From Octopus vulgaris (Eukaryota), in contig OX597833.1 of the NCBI GenBank assembly GCA_951406725.2, forward strand, positions 8,556,001 through 8,620,000: a stretch of 64,000 nt of DNA. Direction: 5' to 3'. Within the stretch, counting starts at the first letter, position 1, and the number at the start of each line of letters is the position of its first letter. A program made the position numbers and the translations under genes. Under the pieces are notes generated by a model, which saw only the letters and a list, made by a program, of their open reading frames with translations, was not told where the DNA came from and searched no databases. This document shows, piece after piece, positions 52,479 to 64,000 of the stretch.

Positions 52479-52732
52479 TTTCTCTCTTGTGTATTTTACT
52501 TTCCTTTAACAGAATTTGTCTCAAAAGTTGGTTTATAGCAGCTTTTACCTATATATATATGCCTATACAACTAAATAAATATATATATATCTATATCTAT
52601 ATAAATATATAGATATAAAATATATATATATTTATTTTTTGTCTTAATTTAGTGAAATCAACTTAAAGAAAAGTTTCGACACTCCAGTTTCAAACGGGAG
52701 AATGGTTCAACGATGGACGCTGAGCGCCGATT

Positions 52733-52742
52733 GTGACGTCAC
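52733..52742. promoter_or_regulatory. Full CRE palindrome (GTGACGTCAC) in a CpG-rich patch, putative promoter of the - strand gene
   Basis: TGACGTCA at 52734-52741, about 255 bp upstream of ATG 52478. Local CpG enrichment at 52695-52757. Confidence 0.55.
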
Positions 52743-53847
52743 CGGCGACGGACGCTCAATTTTAAATTTCAAATTCACAGAGACAGAGGAGGAGGAGGAG
52801 GAGGAGGAAGAGAAATAAAGCGTTTATCACTTCTCCCTCTCCTTCCCTTCTCTCTCTCACTCTCTGTATATAGCATCTTTTCTTATTCCCTCGCTATCAC
52901 ATCTTACTCTCTTTATCTCATATATTCCTCACACACATTTCTCTCTCGTTCTCTTTACACCCTTCTCTCTCTCACTCTCTGTTTCCTCTTCCTCCTACTC
53001 TCATCATATTTTCATATTCAATCAATGAAATGTTTTTTTAAAAAAATCTTAACGTTTCTAAATTTCAAAATCTATATAATAACTGAATGACATCAATTAT
53101 TTATTTATTTATCTTCCATGTGAAGAGAAGTGAAATAACATCGATATATTATTTGCTGTTGTTGTTGTTGTTGTACAGCCCAGGTCAAACCTGATCAAGT
53201 AAAACCCTATGATCAAAGATGTTCCAACCGTGACCCATATGAAATAAAGCTAAATTTGGAAATGCCAGTCTATCTCCCATAGTCGGAGTGAAGAGATCTT
53301 TGGTTTAAAAAGGTTACAGATTTACAGTTTAAAGGGAAGATGTTGGTTGATATGGTTTTGATAAAGAAAATTGAAAGTTACTCTAGAAAACTAGTTTTAT
53401 TTGATTTGTAATTTTCAGAATGGTTAAATTAACGTATAACCCTTTCTTAGACATCACTGATCTGGTACCAACTGACTCAACACATTGTGTACAAGGAGTT
53501 TTCCTTTTGAAGAATATCAAAGACACTTTCCCGTTATTTACACAAGTTTTCTATCTTCTAGCCCCGAGTCATCCCTGATCTACCAGACTCTTGGGTCACA
53601 CTACATACAAATATGTCCGTTTTTTAAAAGATGGTAGGGTTTGATTAAGAGGGGACTTAGCTGCTATTTCTGACAGCTCGATTGACTAAGTAGAAACTGT
53701 ATGCAAATGAGAGAATTATTTGAAATGGGGGGAGGGGGGAGCTGATGAGATGTTCCCCCACCCCACTGTCCGCTTTCTGTTTTTGGTTTCCGGTTATAAA
53801 AATTTTTGTTTGAGTAACAACTTTGAGCAAACCAAGTTAACGAGAGT

Positions 53848-53848
<1 letters not shown>

Positions 53849-53920
<72 letters not shown>
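53849..53920. repeat. (GA)n microsatellite, about 35 units
   Basis: Read directly from the sequence. Confidence 0.95.
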
Positions 53921-53923
<3 letters not shown>

Positions 53924-55711
53924 GGGAGGAGGGAGAAAGACGGGAAAAGGTGAAATGGGCCCCGAGAGAGACAACTACAGGGGCTATTTAAAATGACGGG
54001 TTCGCAAGAAGCAGCCGCTATCCGTAACTTTGAATTTGAATTTGAGATTTATCTATGTTTTTATTTACTGAATTCTAATCAGTGCTTTTGAAACAGAGAA
54101 AGGTTGACTGAGGGGAAAAAAATTATTGATGAAAATATTGTAATTTTTAAAAAGTTTATTTTTATATTCTCTTCTTTTTGCAGTGTCAAAAAGACCGACA
54201 TCTAAAAGACAGAAAACCCGAAATGAATCGTCGACGAAAATTTGAAAGAAAGAAAAGTGGGTGGTTGGTGTGCTTCTTCCGAAATTTATGTCTGTAGAGA
54301 AACTGATGGGTCAAAGACTTGCCAGAGACACAATCACAGCGTGTATTGGGCCCCAGATTAGGGGCTTCACGGTGCTAAAGATCCAATATAATGCCGTGAC
54401 AACAAAACGGAATAAATTTCGGAAAAATTAAACAGAAATGCATAATTGTTTAATAATTCCAAAGATAGGCACCGAATTATGTGAGTTCGGAGGGGAACCA
54501 ATCAATGACATCGATCCCAGTACTTTATTTTATCGATTTCAGCGGGTTTTGAATTCGAAACGTAAAGAAGCGGAACGAATACCTAATAATAAAAAAATGT
54601 TCGACGCCGGTTTACCAAAAGCAAAAAAAATACTTTGTTTTACCGAAATCTTTGATTTTTTAACAATATTTTTTATGTAACGTGCAGGAGAAAGCAAGAT
54701 GAATGGGAATGGAACCTCTGGAAACGGTGCAACAACGGAGACGCATTCACAGACGCTTCGTCAGAATTTTCATATTTTGTAACTTTTATTCATTTGTTAA
54801 TATTTCTTTATTTTAGCTAATTTGTTGATTTAATTACGGAGTTAATGGAAGACTAGGGTAAAAGGAATTAAGACAGGCAACTTTATCTCTGGCCACAATT
54901 TACGATCTTTCTTTTCTTTTCATTTAAAAAGGAGAAGAAGTTGTCTGTCGGAGTTGTACGTTCCAAAAGAGATGGAAGCATGTTGCACGAGTGTTGGGCA
55001 TGCAAGGAACCGTGTGAATAGACTGGTCAAAAAGAAAATATAAAAAAGGTACCAGCGGTAGATCGGGGCTTGTGGGGTCGGGGCGTGACCTGATCATCGA
55101 TTCATTTGTATTGTTTATTTCATTCGATTTTTATAAATTGTATTAAATTTTAAAACCATATTATATGGAAACTCAGACCGTTTCACTGATCCCATCAGTT
55201 GCTTTGTCCAATTCTATGTTTGGCCCCTAGGGGGTAATAAAGAAATTGAGTCTATTTTATTGAGGAGGTTTTGTTTTGCAGTTTACATCAACAATATTTA
55301 TGCACATTTATAAGTGCATATATATATATATATATATATACATGGTTCTGGGTTCAGTCCCACTGCGTGGCACCTCGGGCAAGTTTCTTCTTCTATAGCC
55401 TCGGACCGACCAAAGCCTTGTGAGTGGATTTGGTAGACGGAAACTGAAAGAAGCCCGTCGTATATGTATATATATATGTGTGTGTGTATGTGTCTGTGTT
55501 TGTCCCCCCAACCTCACTTGACAACCGATGCTGGTGTGTTTACGTCCCCGTAACTTAGCGGTTCGGTAAAAGAGACCGATATAATAAGTACTAGGCTTAC
55601 AAGGAATAAGTCCTGGGGTCGATTTGCTCGACTAAAAGGCGGTGCTCCAGCATGGCCACAGTCAAATAACTGAAACAAGTAAAAGAGTAAAAGTGATACA
55701 TACATATATAT

Positions 55712-55747
<36 letters not shown>

Positions 55748-55801
55748 CTTTAAGTGCAATCGCACAAAACTCTCAGCTTTTAAGTCACTGTACACACACA
55801 C

Positions 55802-55889
<88 letters not shown>

Positions 55890-58800
55890 AAGGGGGAGAG
55901 AGATTGTAGCCATACGTACATTCATACACACTTGTTGAAGAGAGAATTCTCATCACTGTGGCGGTTATTTTAAACGTTATGTGGGTCTGCCCACCCGTGA
56001 CAGGGTCGCATTCGACATTGTCTCAATTCACTGTCCGATTCCACCACCCCTTAACCACAACACTATTCTTCGACTTTCCATTCCGTGTTGCACTCAACAC
56101 CCCCCGGAGACACTTTCCCCTCTAACATGTCAGTGTGTCTTTGTGGTGAGGATGCTGGTCCCGCGCTCAATCCTGGAGAAAGGACCACCGTGAATGATTC
56201 TTCCAAAACCCTTCTCACGCTACAACATAACCAAATCTGAGAGGGCAGAGAAATTGACCCCAGTAGTTGACTGGTATTTTATCATCACCCTCGGAGGAAT
56301 GAAAGGCAATGTTGACCTCAAAGGAATTGAACTTAGACAAGAGACCCCTGCGATGCATACTGCAGGGCCTCTCGTCGGATGCTCGAACCACTCGGCCAAT
56401 CGCTGACCTTTTACAGCAACAGCAACAACAACAACTAAAACAAAAAACTCAATCTCTTTACTTTCTAAAAACATTCTGTTTAACAAATGTTTCTTCATTC
56501 CTTTGAACAGACATCATCATCGTCATCATTCAACGTTCATGTTCCATATTGATGGGATCTGACGGGTGTGACGACCGCATCGTGCCCCAGCGTCTGCTTT
56601 GACAGGGTCTTTGACGACTGGATGCCCTTCCTAATGACCACCTCTTCACAGCATTTGCTAGCTTCTTTTTACATACTCCAGCACTTGTGAGGTCACTATG
56701 CAACTTGCAAGACTGCAAACCCCAAGAAAGGTGGTTTTCATGTTTTCATGCCAGGATATGAGGCCTTAAAGAAAGGGTCAAGCAGTGCAGAACAGATTTC
56801 TTGCTGAGGAGCGACACGGCCACTCATCTTTTAGAAGGGAGGATAAGAGCGGTCTGGTTGGAGCGGGAAAATGGTGAAAATAGGGGTGATGAGGTAGAAG
56901 GTGAATGGGGACAGAAGAACATGGAGGATGAGTGGGTGGGTAGAGGTTACAAGACTGCATAGGGAATGGTTAGAAATAAGGAATAAGTGAGGGGGTGAAT
57001 CAGTGGAAAACTCCCACTAGGCCCCTCCCACTGTTAACTGGGTCTCGCCCACTTTTTCACTATGCCCCTCCCACACTATTTTAATGGCCTTAATTCTCAT
57101 CAAAGACGGTAATGAAATATTCATTAGAAGAAATGCAACTATGGTAATTATGATTAAAGAATATAAATTCCTCTGAATTCTATAACGATTGTGGATTGTT
57201 GTTGAGAGAATTAGAAGACCAAAAGTGGAACCAAAATAGTTATTTCTCAAATAACTGACAAAAAAAATTTCCAGGTTAAAAGCTTTTCACCAATCAAACA
57301 TTTACTGAGAGGCAAGATTTTGCAGAATTCACGATAACCCCCACCACCACCACCACCACCACCACCACCCCACCGCCAAAAAAAAAGTCCAACATTTATT
57401 AACTGTAAATATTTGAGTCAGATTATTGAAATAATGAAGATTTAAAGTCTGCTATTAGAACAATCTGTTATGAATCTCATACAGAACACGGGTATGTATA
57501 TAATATGCGTTTGTGTGTGTGGCTCCGTGGTTAGGGATGTTGGACTCATGATCGTAAGTTCGTGGTTTCAGTTCCTGGGCCAGGCGAGCGACGCATTGAG
57601 TTCTTGAGCAAAACACTTCATTTCACTTCACTCCACTCAACTGTAGAAACGAGTTTATCCTGGAGTGGGACGGGGGCCGCCAGGCTCTCTCGCCCGAGAC
57701 AGGCTCCATGGCTGCAGGAGTGCCCCCAACGACCCCCAAAGGGTTAAGGAACTTGTCATTGTCATGTCATATATAAGGACTCTCCCGTCGAAGATTTGTT
57801 TAGCTCCCTCTCACCTCCTTCAAATCGGTATTGTCTGAACAGGTGTCACAGGTGTGCCATATGCCAGGTGTCGAAGGGATCGCAGAGCAACGTGGGATGA
57901 AGTGTTTTACTGAAGAACACAACGCACCACCCGGTCTAGGAATTGAAATCACGATTGCCAAATCCCAAATGCAACACCCTGACCACTAAGCCACGCGCCT
58001 AGTGCTTGTGGGTGCGTTTAACCCACGCTAGTATGAAACTTGTTTTAAATGATGATGATGATGGTGGGGAGGAAGAGGCTATTCTCTCAAACATTCATCC
58101 TCTCTGCCCCACCCCCGGACACTCATCCTGTCTGTCTCCCCTCCCTCCGCTTGCCCCACCCCCACAGCACCATCTTTTCCAGTCAGCTGCTCCTCGCCTC
58201 TCCATGCTCTTGTAAACTGCATCACTGTCTCTTCACAGATCTGAATAATCCACTTCTTAGGTGGTCTACCTCTTGGCCAAGGGTCAGAAAGTTTTGGTAA
58301 AATGCCTGCATTCCATAAATTATGAGGTGGTCTTCTGATTAAATGGCTAAACCACTCAAGTTCTTTCCTTATTTCTTCAGTAACGGTGTAAGTTATGCAA
58401 ATAGATTTTAATAACGATGTCTCGAGTATAAACCATAAACCTGCCATTTCAAGACTTTCTACTCTGCAATTATATTCACATTTTAGGGTCCAAGTAAGTG
58501 TATAATAGGGTACAACTGTCTGCAGGACCCTTGAGTTAGCAAGTAAATGATGTGTGGATGTAGTTTCCTACACTAACATGACCTCTACATGTGGCTCCTT
58601 CTAACATTCGTCAGGACCCAACTCTACAATAAACCTCACTGGATTAGCCTTGTTCATATCTCTTCTATGAACTCCAAGAAGGAAAGCGGAATGGCCAGGA
58701 ACATTTCAGTAAGTAGACTTAGCTGACCGCCAAACGTTGATCAGAGACAGAATAATGAACTACATCAATATTCTGAGTCCCTGACAGCAGTAAATGGCGT

Positions 58801-60177
58801 ATTCCACCCGTAGTTCTTCGAGGGGTGGACAACCTACGATGCTGTGCGGCAGGCCGTTGCTAATGAAGACAAAATCTCTTTACTGCAAATGCACTGGTCA
58901 CACTGTTTGGGGAAGTCCTTTATTGTGACCAAAGGGGAGATTTTCTTAAAGTTTCCAGCTACCAAATTTTTCCCTAAGGCATCAGTCAGCTGCACAGGAG
59001 ACTGAACCCCAAACCATTTGGTTAAGAAACTAGATTCTTTACCACCCAGTCGTGCCTGTACATACCCCCCCTCTCTCTGCATGTACGGCTGTGTGTCTAC
59101 GTAGTTTTACATAGACATTAGTTAACTCATTTCTAGTTTTTTAAAGAACATTCTCAGCGAGTGAATGATTCAGTTAAACGAATTAAGGCATGGCCTGTGA
59201 GCTAGAGACACACAGCTTATATATCTATAGGCAAACGGACAGAGATAGAGAAGTAATATAGACAGAATATACCCATAAAGTAGGTATTTTCTTTTCACTT
59301 TTTGCAATCAGTAGAGTCAGTAAGTAGATGTCGAGTGCAGCTAACATGTGGAGTGTGGTTCATAACTCGAGTGTGAGTCGAGTCTGTATGAATATAGAGA
59401 GCGTAGTTAACTGTGCGACGACGAATAGTTGTCGGATACTTAAGCTGAGTGTTTGTTAATTCTAAAGAAATATAACTGATTTCGCTGAAATATTCTTATT
59501 CTTAGCTCCATCCTGATTAGACTTGGCATCGGTAATGTTTAACTTCGTTTAGTGGCAATTATCCATCATATTTTTAGTAATGGAAGCAACTGGCTTTGCC
59601 CAAATTTCGTCTCCACCCAGTTCAGTTACTGAGTTGTCTCCCTTACATCTTAACCGAACCCCTTACTTCATTAGGGCTGCTGTTTAACCCCAGTTCGACA
59701 TTCCACCTGCAGACCTGGAATCAAATGCTTTCCTTGCACGTATATAATATTTTATAATCGAGTCTAGTGTCAGACATAATCTCTTTAAATCCTTTTCTTA
59801 CTGTATTTCTATCAAATCTTCTCTGTCGCTGTTTCAGTTTTCTTAAGGATGAAGGTTTTAGTAAAGAACAGGAATTAACTGGAAACTTTTGATGGAAACT
59901 TTTGATTTTCAAACAAAGTTTGTATCATTAAACTTAGTGAGGTTGGCACCAACAGATTTAAGGCAGAGGAGGGTGGTTTAAAGGGAGATTTGGCTGCTAT
60001 TTTTAACAAATGGTGCGGGAGTGGCTGTGTGGTAAGTAGCTTGCTTACCAACCATATGGTTCCGGGTTCAGTCCCACTGCATGGCACCTTGGGCAAGTGT
60101 CTTCTACTATAGTCTCGGGCCAATTAAAGCCTTGTGAGTGGATTTGGTAGAAGGAAACTGAAAGAAGCCTGTTGTAT

Positions 60178-60680
60178 ATCAAACCAAATCAAAATAGATG
60201 AACATCAATGGAATTTGTATCTTTGTGGTACCAGTGCCGGTGGCACATAAGAAAACCATCCGAACGTGGCCGTAGCCAGTACCGCATCGACTGGCCTCCG
60301 TGCTGTGGGCACGTAACAAACACCATCCAATCGTGGCCGTTCGCCAGCCTCGTCTGACACCTGTGTCGGTGGCACATAAAAAACACCATCCAAGCGTGGC
60401 CGTTCGCCAGCCTCGTCTGGCACCTGTGTCGGTGGCACATAAAAAAAACACCATCCGAGCGTGGCCGTTCGCCAGCTTCGTCTGGCACCTGTGTCGGTGG
60501 CACATAAAATCACCCACTACACTCTCGGAGTGGTTGGCGTTAGGAAGGGCATCCAGCTGTAGAAACACTGCCAGATCTGACTGGCCTGGTGCAGCCTTCG
60601 GGCTCCCCAGACCCCAGTTGAACCGTCCAACCCATGCTAGCATGGAAAGCGGACGTTAAACGATGATGATGATGATGATG
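60178..60680 (+). mobile_element. RTE 3'-UTR insertion with expanded ~63-bp internal repeats, nested in a SINE
   Basis: Near-identical to the reverse complement of 25426-25780. Interrupts the SINE at 60012-60880. Confidence 0.85.
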
Positions 60681-62222
60681 TGTGTGTGTCTGTGTCCCCC
60701 CCCCCATCACTTGACATGCGATGCTGGTGTGTTTGCATCCCCATAGCTTAGCGGTTTGGCAAAAAGAGACCGATAGAATAAGTACTGGGCTTACAAAGAA
60801 TAAGTCCTGGGGTCGATTTGCTCAACTAAAAGGTGTTGCTCCAGCATGGCCACAGTCAAATGACTGAAACAAGTAAAAGAATATAAAAAAACCACTTAGG
60901 GTCTTGGTGTAAAAGATTTTTCTATATTTCTAAGTGAATTTATAAAAATGGCGTGCAGTTAGGATTGGTCCATTTACTAACTTGGTTCTAACTTAAAATA
61001 CAGTCAGAGCTTGTTGAAACCCAGCCAAACATGAAGTTCTGTGAAACAATCTTTGCAATAAACACTAAAACAAGATTTCTCTCACAGAATTCAAAGCTAA
61101 ATGGAATTGGTTACCAAGTGATGTTGTTGAGTCAAAAGTCAGCAAACACCTTCAAAATAAATTTTATAATTAGTGAGAGAACAATTATTATTATTTTTTT
61201 TTTTTGCTTATTTGCAAACACACAATTATGGTGAACAAAATTGAATAAAAAATTCCTTAAAAACTAACAATTTAGGTAGCTTTTGGTCTCTGATTTTGTG
61301 GAAAAGGGAAAAAAATGGTGGACAGTGCCAAGTTATAGAGTTAATGATGATAACAAGTCTGGTGTTGGTAATGTTTTGCTATGCAATAGTCACAGGCATG
61401 GTCTTGTGGTAAGATGTTTGCGTCCCAACCACATGGTTCCAGGTTCATTCCCACTGCATGGCACCTTGAGCAAGTATCTTCTACTATAGCCTCGGGCAGA
61501 CCAAAGTCTTGTGAGTGGATTTGGTAGATGGAAACTGGAAGAAGCCCACAGAGGCAATGACAAGAGACCAAGACCTTTGGAGATATGCTATGATTGAGAA
61601 GATCTGGCAAGTAAAGTGAGATCACAGCCATAGCCTATACCAGTGTTGTAAAACCAGCCCATTTAAAAGTACCCTCGAATCATCGGGTGGTATGCTGCAC
61701 TTGAGAAAACCTTCTGAGTCAAGTAAAATCAAAATCAAAATGGAAACACTTTGCATCATACTTTGTTGTTTTTCTTTATGTTTATCACTGGAAAACCAAA
61801 ATAAGACGTTGCCACAGCATCAGATGAAGATTTACAACATTTTAAATTTCATCAAACATAATAAGGCATTTGTTCTCCACCACCACCACTTCTTTTAAAA
61901 TCCACATCGAGGCCCATCCTGACACAGCAATCCTAACAGGTTGATTGGTTGACTGAATGTGGCATACAGGATGTATACAAGTGTGTTTGTGGATGTATGT
62001 ACAAACATGTATACATACGTACACATGCACATACATATATACACAAATATATGCATACATGCATGTGTGTGTGTGTGTGTATGTATTGAAACAGGAGATT
62101 GGAAAAAATATTTATTATCTATTCACCATTACACATGTTTCATTTGGTAATAGGAATAACAAAACTGTACATGTTGGATAAACATGTAAGACATCTTTAG
62201 AAATTCTTCAGATGGAAAATCA

Positions 62223-62271
<49 letters not shown>

Positions 62272-63469
62272 TAGTATAATGTTGTGTGTGTCTATATATA
62301 TATACGTATATATGTTGCCAGGGCCACAGATTGGCTCCCGTGTCGGTGACACATGAAAAGCACTATTTGAACATGATTGTTGCCAGCATCGCCTTACTGG
62401 CACATGTGCTGGTGGCACGTGAAAGACAACATTCGAGTGTGGTCATTGCCAGTGCCGCCGGACTGGCTCCCGTGCAGATAGCACATAAAAGCACCTTTTG
62501 AGCGTAGTCGTTGCCAGAACCGCCCGACAGGCCCTCGTGCCGGTGGCACATAAAAGCACCCACTACACTCTCAGAGTGGTGGGCGTTAGGAAGAGCATCC
62601 AGCTGTAGAAACTTTGCCAGACCAGATTGAACCTGATGCAGCCTCTGGCTCACCAGTCTTCAGTCAAACCGTCCAACCCATGCCAGCATGAAAAGCAGAC
62701 GTTAAATGACGATGATTATATATATATATATATATATATATATTCTTTTATGTGTTTCAGCCAGATGGCTGTGGTCATGCTGGAGCACCACAGATGTGCT
62801 GAAGTTCACTACAACTGTTTCAGACATGTCTTTTATTGATGGACAAATCCATTACATTATGTAAAAACCCCGTTTTCTTCAGATGAATTGGAATTAAAAT
62901 AAAATTTAATATTTAGGATTTTTCAGAGTATAGAATGAATGTGTGTGTAACGGGATTAACTAAACAAAATACAAACAGTTGTGTGTGTGTTTGAATTGGG
63001 ATGAAAAGGGATTAACAATAAAATATATTGAAAGGGATTAACTTGACACACGTGTTCTTCTCCATCATCTAATACAATAAAAAAAACCCACATACATTTT
63101 ATAGGCACTCAGATCAAATCATTTATAACATTTTTTGTACAGAAGAGAGAAGAAAATAGGAAAACGAAGAGAATCCTGAGAGTGAAAGTTCATTGATTCC
63201 TCATAGACGGCACACACACACACGTACACACACACACACATACATAGACACGCACACACACCACATGTGCGCGCGTCAATAACCTTGAGAAAAACCTGGC
63301 CCAATGTCTTCTCTTGAATTTATTACGTGACAGTTTGAGATAATGTAAGAAATACAATCCACACGTGAAACGAATATAGTTTAGAGTCTTTATCTTCCCG
63401 TCAACATTTTCTGACAAATCTCACAAGTGTTTTTCCTTTATATAAACATTAAAACTTGATTGTGGCTCC

Positions 63470-63900
63470 CTAGGAAATGCTTCTCAGTCAGTCGCAACGT
63501 CTGAGACGACGTCTGTTTAGCGAAGCAACTGTTTTAAAAGGTTTCCCAATGACGGCAACCTGTTAATTTAGTTCGCATTCATCACCAACCGCCGCATATT
63601 TCAGAGGTAAATACTTCTGACAAGAGAACTTTTCATAGTCAGTAGTCGAGTTTCTGGGCGGCCAGCCAGGCCAGCCAGCCAACCAGCCTGTCTATTTTAC
63701 TGACAGACTCAGGAATGTGGTGTAAATAAACTTCTAGATTTGCTTTACCTCTTTTCTTTTTTACGCAACTAATTACGACCGACCGCCGGATTCGAACCGC
63801 GGAACACCGCGTCGTAAAAGAGAGAAAGGGAGGAAACATTTGGATCTGAAGATAGAAGAAAAAAAAAAAAAAAAAACCCGGCACCTTACTGAGTGGGTCA
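63470..63900. promoter_or_regulatory. CpG-enriched unique region, possible promoter or first exon of a neighbouring gene
   Basis: High CpG density relative to the window. Inr-like TCAGT at 63484, possible + donor GAG|GTAAAT at 63607, possible - strand donors near 63747 and 63889. Confidence 0.35.
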
Positions 63901-64000
63901 CCTCCTGGGGTTTATTTTACCTAAATCTATCGAATTTGTATGTAATTAGTCGCTATTTTAAGAAGCAAGTAGTTTGCTGTTAATAACACACTACCCTCCT

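Noticed and set aside
52706-52728. Resemblance to a REST/NRSE site (ttcaacgatggacgctgagcgcc)
   Set aside because: Spacing and several core bases differ from the consensus, and REST is not established in molluscs.

Overview
AT-rich, microsatellite- and retroposon-dense animal DNA. The SINE/LINE content points to a coleoid cephalopod, most likely Octopus (inference). Two convergent spliced genes, both invisible as whole ORFs in the six-frame track, can be assembled by hand from GT-AG sites with consistent phases. (1) A 9-coding-exon + strand C8orf76 homologue (2181-23009, about 357 aa, TPR-like), with a His-rich repeat in exon 5. (2) A - strand gene I do not recognise (52478->23585, about 145 aa over 29 kb), encoding a signal peptide, a Gly/acidic low-complexity body and a GPI-signal-like tail. 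Its internal exons are all phase 1-1 and include 6, 21 and 30 nt microexons, plus an 8-nt candidate. The two 3' UTRs probably overlap. The rest is a decayed CR1/L2-group LINE, RTE LINEs carrying a PHD-like finger, several SINE families, a piggyBac-like MITE, a ~315-bp spacer-less palindrome, a Penelope-type remnant with a minimal hammerhead motif, and simple repeats. Exon coordinates were counted by hand and repeat boundaries are approximate.
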